Part shown: one piece after another, positions 1-10,700 of the stretch
Layout of the letters: each line of letters opens with the position of its first letter
How positions within the stretch are numbered: position 1 is the first letter of the stretch
Source: Heteronotia binoei
Lineage: Eukaryota
NCBI RefSeq assembly: GCF_032191835.1
Contig: NC_083224.1
Coordinates: forward strand, 93,062,001 to 93,126,000
Direction: 5' to 3'
DNA length: 64,000 nt
Notes under the pieces: model-generated
What the model saw: only the letters and a program-made list of their open reading frames with translations
Told to the model about the DNA's origin: nothing
The model's database searches: none
Position numbers and translations under genes: made by a program

Positions 1-836
1 GGTTGCAGTGTACCTACTCTTGCAGGAAAATATGAGGGATCAAATGACACCAATTCCCAGTCTGTATTTAACTACACTTGCACATCCCTTGCTTCAGAGG
101 GTGGTATGCTTGTGCTAACTCTGAGCAGCAACAAAGAAGGAGAGAGCCCCACAAACCTGTCCACTCATTACCCAACACAGGCATAAAGGGAAGTCAAGTC
201 CACCCCATGCCTTCTAATGCAGTTGATGGATTTTCTCCACACTGGCTTTTATTATTATTTAAATGAACAAAGAACTATAGGAAAAGTGCTGGATCTGCTT
301 TCCCAGTCATACAGAGCCACTTCTAGGCAAAGCTTACTTTAAAGTATACCTTCAGTGCCACAACCCAGACTTGAAACATGCAATGTAATGTACTTAAAGA
401 TACTTAAATAAATAAGGATAGCATCTTTATAATAGAATAGGATGGTAGTCCACTTCAATGACTACTGTAGTTATCACCTGCTCTAACTGCATTGTTTTAT
501 TTTGTAATGCCACTTTCTCTATTGCTTACAGTAGTATACTTTGCCTTTAAATTGTTTATAGTTTACTAAATCTATAATTCTAGTCCTTTGTATTGATATT
601 TGGTCGTTCTATACTATCTCGCTGTACTGTTTATAGCCAGTAATCTTCCCTGCGTCTCCCTAAGACTATAAATAAATTTATGCCTGTAACGACGTGCAAA
701 GAGCATTTCTAGTTCCGTTGCATAATACCTCAAATCAGTAGCTAGAGCTATCACGCTGGAGCATGCCCAAGCAAGCTTGAATCCAGTCAAGGCTTCTCTT
801 CTCAAGAGTGTTTACATGTTCAAGCCGAAGTCTCAC

Positions 837-1388
837 CTGGTTGCCGTCCACCGATTCGACCCGGACACGTTTTCGAGGTTCACAGCCTTTTGTGGGGGTA
901 GCTGCAACATCTGGTAAGGTTTGACTGACCTTCCCCTGTTGCAAGTCGCGGGCCTGCACAGGACTGACTGTGTCGAAGGTGCGTGGCAGGCCAGAGAGAA
1001 GCCTCGTCCGTTCAGTCACGGGTCTGATTCCTTCCTGTGTTGCTTTGATCTTGATGCGCAACGTCTGAATGAAGCGGCGCAATTGGTCGGGAGGACAGTT
1101 GGAGAACAGCAGCTGTACGTGCTTTGTACCTGAACCCAAACGCACCGAGCTCTTCCCATCCTTTACGAAACGTGTAAACAGTCGTACTCCATCCCGACGT
1201 AATGGGAAGTTGCGGGGAATCTCCGAGCCGCTGCTATTTGTAACTTGCAACACCAGCTCTCGGAACTCATCACGACCTAAGGTCACCCAGGCGTCTCGGA
1301 GCAGCACTCGACCCGGGACCGCTGCACCCAAATGCTCTATTGCTACAGTGCAACGAACCCGCCCATCCGACTGGAGGCTTGCTTGCAT
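837..1388 (-). CDS. PIF1: PIF1 5'-3' DNA helicase, first coding exon (N-terminal PINT domain); rest of the gene lies left of the window
   Basis: ORF MQASLQSDGRVRCTVAIEHL...LGRDEFRELVL...RLFTRFVKDGKSSVRL...VQLLFSNCPPDQLRRFIQTLRIK...FDTVSPVQ matches the recalled human PIF1 N-terminus (LRCRVAVEEL...LGRNERRELML...RLFTRFAEAGRSTLRL...VQLLLSDCPPDRLRRFLRTLRLK...FVTISPVQ). Donor CAG|GTGAGA after 837. Acceptor tttag|GGACAGAATG at 1395 implies an upstream non-coding exon. Confidence 0.9.
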
Positions 1389-1395
1389 TCTGTCC

Positions 1396-1787
1396 CTAAA
1401 TTGCAGAGAAACTGGAAACCAACACTGGCTAAGATCGATGACTAGTGTGGAACGGACAAGGACCAGACTGATATCTCCCTCGAAAAGATATCGGCTTTTT
1501 AATGCCCACCAACTTCTACGGCGACTATAGTTTTGCTTTCTATAGGCATAGTTCTTCTTTCAGCCTGGTTTGTGCAGCCTTTGCTGCACGCGAATTCAAA
1601 TTTGAAGTACGCAGAACATCAGCCAATCAACGCTGTAGGATCTTTAATTTCCTGGCCAATGAGAGACAAAGAGACAAAGCCCGACTTCCTGCCTGAAGAA
1701 AGCCATATCCTATTCAGTTGTTAGGAGACCGGAGCGTGAGAAACGTCGAGGTATTTTTGTCTGTGACCAAGAAACATTATCCAGTAC
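1396..1787. promoter_or_regulatory. Bidirectional promoter PIF1 / CFAP144
   Basis: About 400 bp between divergent ATGs (1388 and 1788), CpG-containing. Palindromic CHR TTCAAATTTGAA 1595-1606; CCAAT at 1623-1627 and 1656-1660; X-box-like GTTGTTAGGAGAC 1717-1729. Confidence 0.75.
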
Positions 1788-4700
1788 ATGGCGGGGGCCG
1801 CGAGGGCTACTACCAAAGAGCCACTGGACCTCGTAAGTCAGAACAAGATCTTCTGTGAAACGGTCCAGAAAGAACTACGATGCCAGCGTCTACACACGGA
1901 GTACGGGGTGAATCCTCTCCTCAAGGGTATGGCAATGACGAGCAGCATTGAGCTATGCAAGCAGCGCGGGGCAGGGGAGAGAATAAGCGATTTCTCCACC
2001 ACTAGGGCTGGCCGTCCTTAGTGTAGCAAAACAAAATAAACTGGATGAAGTTGATTTTGGAGATCAGAGCTACAGGCTTCAGCAGTATATGAAGAGAGAA
2101 GTCAAGTCTCGGGGCTCTCTGTTTATTGTTGCAAGACTTTTCTCAACATAAACTTAATCCAGTGGCACCTTTTAAGACCAACGAAGTTTTATTCAGGATA
2201 TGAGCTTTCCTGTGAAAGCACACTTCATCAAATAAAATGAGATGGAAGGAAAGCATTCAAACTTATGTCCATTTATATCATTTGGTGTTGTAGGGTTTGT
2301 CCTGTTTGCCCTATGTAGAGAACTGAAGGGCATTGTTGGCATGGACACAAATCTGAAATCAAGAATCACAAGACTGAGAAACTTGTAGAACACTTTAACC
2401 TCCCAGAACTTTTAATGGGTAGCTGTTTTAGTGCAAAGGAACTTCAGGAACAGAATTGAAAGGGAAATTGCTGATTTAGAAGATATTGCAGAACTTGGAA
2501 CAAACACACACACCTAGGACTTAACAGATATATTGGTTTATCTCATTACATTTGCGAAACTCATTCTCACCAGGGACTATACACCCTGTCTTAAGCATTC
2601 CTCTCTCTTTGAATAATATGCAACACTGTATTGCAGTGCAATATATAGGAATATATTTTTCTGACATAACCTCTAAAGAACAATATATTCGTATAATATT
2701 TAGAACAACGTAGTGATGGTGATGTAGTGCAATGAAACATGAAATATTATGTACATCATCCCAGCTAAAAGAAAAACAATGCTTTTTGTTATCTTCACAC
2801 TTGAAGGGAGATGAATGGGGTGTGGGGCATTGTAACAATCTCAGTAAACTTCCCACAATTAGAAAAGATTCTCTTACACAATTATCTATTTTGACATATT
2901 TATTGCTTCAACCCTTGTTCATTCCTTAACAGGATCCATACAGCTGTTGACCCCATAAACTTAGCTTCTTGTTCCTGTTTTGTCTCAAAATGTTATGTTA
3001 TATACTAATTTGCTTTTCAACCCTGTCTATAAGTTTGAATGGTTTCCTTTCATCTCATTCTATCCAAAGTGTGCTTGCACATGAAAGCTCATACCTTGAA
3101 TAAAACTTTGTTGGTCATAAAGGTGCCACTGGACTCGGACTTCATTCTGTTGTTTCAGACCAATACAGCTACCCACCTGGATCTTTCTTCTTAACAGTTG
3201 GCATCTACAGATGCATGTGTGCATGTGCATAAGAGAAAAATTCTTCATGACCCAGAACTCAAGGCTGTTATCCTGTAAGAGAGTGCATGCCTGGTGCCCA
3301 ATAAGATCAGGGACTAGAGAGTCCTAATAGCCCACAGCATAGCAGCAGCTACTAAACAAAACAGCATAACATAATCCAGTAGAATCCCAACACAAGGGAG
3401 AACGGGACCATGTTTGCCTGGCAGTGGAAAGAACAAGACAGTGGTCCTTCCAAAGTGAGGTCCATAATAGAGGCACCACACACCTAACTTAATCAGACAA
3501 AAGGCCTGCAATTATTTTCTGAGACAGAAGCATGTCTTTTTAAAAGTGGCCAGGCCTCCATGAGTATCTACAGCAGATGTATGGCAAAATATATCAGGTA
3601 ACCAGAATGCTTGGTTGCATCTCTGCTACTTAAGCTCAGCTAAGGGTATCATCTTTAATGTTGTAAAAGGATCGCAATTCTTGATAAAGATGGAACTTAA
3701 TCACATTCTTGTTTTCTTAATCCCATTTTTGCCTCAGCTCCTGCATGGTACCTGTTCAGTTGGGGCTGTCTCTGACCAAAGGCCAGCTATGTTTAGTCAG
3801 CTCTTTCTTAGGACTGTAAATACAGCAACAATTAATTTGTGGCCTTTTTCTGTGGTAGGTACAATCCACTGGAATGACCTGGAAGAGTGGGAGTAGGAGG
3901 AAGCTGTTTAAGAGTTTTATTTCAGAGGGCATTTGGTGGACAGTTTGGCAGAGTGTTAAAGCTGCAGTACTGCAGTCCTAAGCTCTGCTCACGACCTGAG
4001 TTTGATCTCTGGTGGAAGCTGGGTTTTCCGGTAGCCGGCTCAAGGTTGACTCAGCCTTCCATCCTTCCGAGGTCGGTAAAATGAGTATCCAGCTTGCTGT
4101 GGAGGAAGTGTAGATGACTGGGGAAGGCAATGGCAAACCATCCTGTAAAATGTCTGCCATGAAAACGTCATGAAAGCAACATCACCCGAGTCGGAAACGA
4201 CTGGTGCTTGCACAGGGGACCGTTCCTTTTCCTTCTTGGCAGATTTGGCTGCATTTTTTATCTGTATCTTGTCAATGGACTGTTGCGTTTTTATATCCTT
4301 GCAACTTTCAGAGAGCTCTGAGAGAGCAGAGAAGTGATATAAGGGTGAGGTTTGGCTAAGCAGCTGGGGAAGTTGCTGAGAATTTCTGAGTTTGTGTGAC
4401 TACTGAAAATTCTGAGTTTGTGGTTGCTGGGGAACTGCTGTCTGTTTGGTTTGAGTGGGCTGAAGGTGATTGAAGGTGACTGTTGCTGATTGAGTAGGAG
4501 TGGCTGTGTTCCCCACCCTCTTTGCATTATTAAACTGCACCTTGCCAGAGAGCTAAAGGGCTCGGCCTGTGGCTCTTAGCCTGGGGGCTCTATAAGGACC
4601 AGGAACCCAGATCCCTAATTTCCTTGTGTTCCCAATAAGGTAAGTTGACCCTCCAGAAGGGGAGCCACATAAACAAACAGAATTTGAAAGGGGACTCTAT

Positions 4701-7700
4701 ATTTTTGAAAAAAGCTATCATGAAGGTAGAATGCCAGCAGGGGGGTGGGGGCTTTCCGGTGTTTTGAACTGAGTGTCACATGTATGACTATCTGCCCACA
4801 GGACAGAAGTCTTGGGGGGGGTGCTCGATGCAAGGAGCTCCTGGTCCTCAGGGAATGAGTTCGTACCCTTGAGGCCGAGGTGACTGACCTGGAGAAGCAG
4901 AGACAATCAGTTAGGCACTCGAAGAAGACTCTCGGGGACATATTAGATGAGCCCCACTCTGAACATGGCAGCCCTGTTGCTGCCAGGGAGCATGAGGGTT
5001 GAGAGGGAACAGGGCATCGGGCTGAGGATAAGGGGAATGCGCCCTCAAAAGGGACCTCTTCTTCAGTTGGTGAGCGGGTATCCTTTCGCGCCAAGTAACC
5101 ATCCCTGGGCAGGGAGAGAGGAGGGGTCTTGGTAGTTGGTGATTCGATCCTTAGGCAAGTGGACAGCTGGGTGGCAAAACCGCATACTGACTTGCCTGCC
5201 TGGTGCGAAGATAGCGGACATTACGCTTGTAGTAGATAGGCTGATAGACAGTGCTGGGGAGGAGCCAGTGGTCATGGTGCATGTTGGCACCAACTATGTG
5301 GGTTAGGGTTAGCAGTCGTGAGGTCCTGGAGGAAAAATTTAGGCTGCTAGGTGGGAGACAAGGCCAGGACCTCCAAGGTAGCTTTCTCAGAAGTGCTACC
5401 TGTTCCACGTGCAGGGCTGGAGAGACAGGCACAAATTAGAAGTCTCAATTTGTGGATGAGACAATGGTGTAGGGAGGAAGGGTTTAAGTTTGTTAGGCAC
5501 TGGGATGCTTTCTGGAACAAGCAGGAGCTGTACAAAAGAGACAGTCTCTACTTGTCCCCAGATGGAACCAAGCTGCTGGTGCTTAAAATCAAAAAGGTGG
5601 CAGAGCGGTTTTTAAACTAAATCTTGGGGGAAAGCCGACAGGCGATGAAATGTCTCTGGTTCGGGAGGACTTATCTCGAAGAGATGAAGGGTTAGCTGTT
5701 ACTTTTCTACCTGGTAATGGGTCAGAGTTGTCCATTGAGATGGTGACAAACAGTATAGAGTGTATGTAAAAGTCTCGAGGCAGCAGGAGGAAGGTGGCTG
5801 GCCTAACTTGCCTGGGAAATTAAAGATATTTGTATGCAAATGCTAGAAGTGTTTGAAGTAAAAATGGTGTTGGAATGTTTAGTGTTGGGGAAAAACATAG
5901 ACATTGTGGGAATTTCAGAAACTTGGTGGAATGAGGAGAATCAGTGGGACACGGTGATTCCTGGATATAAGTTAATCAGTGGGACACGGTGATTCCTGGA
6001 TATAAGAGAATTAGATTCCCTTCTAGAAATGCTTTGGGTTGAAATAGAGGGCCCAAAAGGAAATTTAGCTATGGGAGTTTATTGCCCACCAAATCAAAAG
6101 ACAGAGGGTGATTATAATATGATGGAAGGATTAAAGATAGTGGCTAAACGTAAAAACTGTGTCGTAATAGGTGATTTTAACTACCCGCAGATTGATTGGG
6201 TAAATGTGTGTTCAGGTCGAGAGAAAGAGATTGAGTTTCTAGATGCTCTTAATGACTGCTATGGAGCAGATGGTCACAGAATCTACCAGGGGTGGGGTGA
6301 TCCTGGATTTGGTCCTAAGTAATGCTCAAGACTTGGTGAGAGATGTAAAACTGATCACACCACTTGGGAGCAGTGACCATAACGTTATTGATTTCACCAT
6401 CTGTATAAATAGAGAGTTGCCCCAAAAAACAAGCACAACCACATTTAACTTTAAAAGGGGTAAATTCCCTGAGATGAGGAGGCATGTGAAGAGGAAACTG
6501 AAAGAAAAGGTAAATACAGTCAAAACCCTTGGGGAAGCTTGGAGGCTATTTAAAACTACAATCCTAGAAGCTCAGATAAAATATATACCACAAGTTAGGA
6601 AAGGCACAAACAGGTATAAGAAAAGGCCTGCATGGTGAACAAACAAAGTAATGGAAGCTGTAAAAGGTAAGGACTCCTTTAAGCGATGGAAAGCTAGTCC
6701 AAGTGAGATTAATAAAAGGGAACACAGGCTGTGGCAAATCAAATGCAAGACTGTGATCAGGCAGGCAAAAACGGACTATGAGGAGCATATTGCAAAAAAC
6801 ATAAAGACCAATAATAAAAATTTCTTCAAATATATTAGAAGCAGTAAACCAGCCAGGGAGGCAGTTGGGCCCTTGGATGACCAAGGGGTCAAAGGATTAC
6901 TGAAGGAGGATAGGGAAATGGCTGAGAAGCTGAATGCATTTTTTGCCTCCATCTTCACTGTGGAAGATGAGAAGTGTGTGCCTGCTCCAGAACCACTTAT
7001 TTTGGAAGGGGTGTTGAAAGACCTGAGTCAGATTGAGGTGACAAGAGGAGTTCCTACAACTGATAGACGAATTAAAAACTAATAAGTCACCAGGTCTGGA
7101 TGGCATACATCCGAGAGTTCTGAAAGAACTCAAAGTTGAACTTGTGGATCTTCTGACAAAAATCTGTAATCTTTCATTGAAATCTGCCTCCATTCCTGAG
7201 GACTGGAAGGTAGCAAATGTCACCCTCATCTTTAAAAAGGGTTCCAGAGGAGATCCGGGTAACTACAGGCCAGTCAGTCTGACTTCAATACTGGGAAAGT
7301 TGGTAACCATTATCAAGGACAGAATGAGTAGGCACATTGATGAACACAAGTTATTGAGGAAGACTCAGCATGGGTTCTGTAAGGGAAGATCTTGCCTCAC
7401 TAACCTGTTACATTTCTTTGAGGGGGTGAACAAACATGTGCACAAAGGAGACCCAATAGATGTTGTTTACCTTGATTTCCAGAAAGCTTTTGATAAAGTT
7501 CCTCATCAAAGGCTCCTTAGTAAGCTCGAGAGTCATGGAGTAAAAGGACAGGTCCTCTTGTGGATCAAAAACTGGCTAATTAATAGGAAGCAGAGAGTGA
7601 GTATAAATGGGCAATCTTCGCAGTGGAGGACGGTAAGCAGTGGGGTGCCGCAGGGCTCAGTACTGGGTCCCATGCTCTTTAACTTGTTCATAAATGATTT

Positions 7701-10700
7701 GGAGTTGGGAGTGAGCAGTGAAGTGACCAAGTTTGCAGATGACACTAAATTGTTCAGGGTGGTTAGAACCAGAGAGGATTGTGAGGCATTCCAAAGGGAT
7801 CTGTTGAGGCTGGGTGAGTGGGCGTCAACGTGGCAGATGAGGTTCAATGTGGCCAAGTGCACAATAATGCACATTGGAGCCAAGAATCCCAGCTACAAAT
7901 ACAAGTTGATGGGGTGTGAACTGGCAGAGACTGACCAAGAGAGAGATCTTGGGGTCGTGGTAGATAACTCACTGAAAATATCATGACGATTGCAATAAAA
8001 AAGACCAATGCCATGCTGGGAATTATTAGGAAGGGAATTGAAAACAAATCAGCCAGTATCATAATGCCCCTGTATAAATTGATGGTGCGGTCTCATTTGG
8101 AATACTGTGTACAATTCTGGTCACCGCACATCAAAAAGGATATTACAGCATTGGAAAAAGTTCAGAAAAGGGCAACTAGAATGATTACAGGTTTGGAACA
8201 TTTTCCCCATGAAGAAAGGTTAAAACGCTTGGGGCTCTTTAGCTTGGAGAAACGTCGACTGCAGGGTGACATGATAGAGGTTTACAAGATTGATGCATGG
8301 GATGGAAAAAGTAGAGAAAGAAGTCCTTTTCTCCCTTTCTCACAATACAAGAACTCGTGGGCATTCAATGAAATTGCTGAGCAGTCGGGTTAAAACGGAT
8401 AAAAGGAAGTACTTCTTCATCCGTAGTGTGATTAACATGTGGAATTCACTGCCACAGGAGGTGGTGGCGGCTACAAGCATAGCCAGCTTCAAGAGGGGGT
8501 TAGATAAAAATATGGAGCAGAGGTCCATCAGTGGCTATTAGCCACAGTGTGTATATATACACACACACATTTTTGGCCACTGTGTGATACAGTGTTGGAC
8601 TGGATGGGCCACTGGCCTGATCCAACATGGCTTCTCTTATGTTCTTATGTTTTGCTGCTTATTAAGACTAAAGAGAAAAGGCAGGATATACAAATGTAAA
8701 TAAATGGATATGTGTTCTTTTCCACTTTTAGTTCACACCGTAACCAGAAAGCCAATGTCCTGGCATGATAACATAGAGGAGCCTGCTGATGGTAATGAGT
8801 TCTTCATTGTAAGGATTTAAGTCATGAATAGTTTATTCTTGCTTTGCCATTTAAGTTAAAAGAACTGAAAGAGTGAATAGTGCACACAAGTGGGGGAACC
8901 CACAAAGACTTGTGGAGATCATCTTATTTAGCCCTCCCTTCTTTGCCTTCCCTGGCAGCCCCCATAGCCTCTCCCTTTTTCCTGTTTCCTTCTCACTCAC
9001 TAGGCAACATACCTTTATCTGTCCCTTCTCATTGTAAACTTTCCCTCCCCTCTGCACCCTCTACCTGGGAAAACTGTGACCTAGTTGTACAGCAGCAGCT
9101 GCCAGGTACTGTTCAGTTGTAAGAAACACACAAGAATGTAGACAGGACATTTCCTTTCCTATGTATTCCCCTCACCACACTATTTGCTCTTTTATTTTCT
9201 TGCTTCTTTACTTCCCACCAACCTAACTTTTATTTGCTCCCCTTCCCCCAATCTTCAGTAATATTGGTATTTATTTACTTAATTTATACTCTGCTTTTAT
9301 CCACAATGGAGCCCCAAAGCAGCTTACATAATTCTCCCCTCCTCCATCTTATCTCCACAACAACCCTGTGAGGCAGGTTAAGCTGAGTTTGACTAACCCA
9401 CCATCCAGTGAGCTTGAACAGCAAAATGCAAATTCCAACCTGGATCTTCCAGATCTTATTAAACTCTTACCACTACTGGTTTTCATGGGGTGGCTGAATA
9501 AAGCAGCTGGGCATCAGTGAGTCAGGGTTAGACACATGGTAGCAAGATGTCCCGTAGGTTGCTGCTAGGCCTGGCCATAACGAGTTCTTCTCAAAGGCCA
9601 AAACAGCCCTGGAAGGGGCCCTGACCCCTTCTCCCACTAAGATTTGAAGGATGGCAACAGCCACTGCTTAGTCCATTAATTTTGGAGGGGTTTTTTTTGG
9701 GGGGGGAGTTTGTTTTTTTAAAATGGGGGTTAAAGATTTCAGAGTTTTCTGCAAACAGGAAGGTTTTTATCAGGTTTGTAAAAAGATCTGTCTTGTTTGT
9801 CCATGCCGCTACTCTCTGGATTTATGTATTCACCTATTTGGCCACACTGAGAATTAGATATATTGATTACTTTTAATTAATTTATTTATTTCCTTAAATT
9901 TCTATCCACCGTCTCCACAAGCAGACTCAGGGCAGTTAACAGACATTTATATTTACAAGTTAAAACCAATAAAATACAGTTACAATTAAAACCATTCCGT
10001 AGTGCTGTACCACTTCAATATAGGTGGGTTCTTCTTTCCAGAGGCTCATAACTTTTGATGCGTTTTATTCATTCTCTAAACTAAACTCTCTTTCTATGCC
10101 CGGTTCGAAGTGGATCGAAAGGAAGCGGAATTACGAGCAACATCTCCGCTGGGGACTGAGCAAGGTGCCCCTTTCGTTGTGAGGGAGCACGATGTTAGGT
10201 GTATAATGAAAGCAGTAAATTCTAGAAAGGCTGCAGGTCCCGATAATATCCCTGGTTGTGTAGTAAAGGAATGTGCAGGGCAGTTAGCTGGGATGTGGAC
10301 TGAGATTTTCAATCGTTCTTTGTCACAATCTATTGTTCCCACTTGTTTGAAGGCTTCTCTTATTGTCCCAATACCAAAGAGGACGCCAGCAAAAGTTTTA
10401 AATGACTATAGGCCAGTGGCCTTGACTTCTGTGATAATGAAGTGTTTTGAGCAATTAGTTCGAAAATATATTATTTCCTGCCTTCCTGCTACTTTTGACG
10501 AACATCAGTTTGCTTACAGGAAAAATAGATCTACTGAGGATGCTGTTAATACTGTCCTTTATACTGCCTTATCGCATTTGGACAAAAGGGGGACGTATGT
10601 TAGAATGTTGTTTGTGGATTTTAGCTCTGCTTTTAATACAATATCACCCCATAGATTGTTGTTTAAGCTTAAGAATTTGAAGCTGTCGGACTCTATATGT

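Noticed and set aside
1-734. A further PIF1 coding exon
   Set aside because: No frame resembling the helicase Walker A region (FFTGSAGTGKS) was found; the next exon is presumably outside the window.
735-836. C-terminal part of the 217-aa ORF (VRLRLEHV...)
   Set aside because: Read-through into the intron past the CAG|GTGAGA donor; PIF1 similarity stops at DGNQ.
1927-2021. Tail of the 77-aa ORF 1788..2021
   Set aside because: Intron read-through after the G|GTATGG donor; the CFAP144 frame continues at 8732.
3940-4020. tRNA genes at SINE heads (also 25510, 27700, 24700, 61950)
   Set aside because: No complete cloverleaf; these are the A/B-box heads of repeated SINEs.
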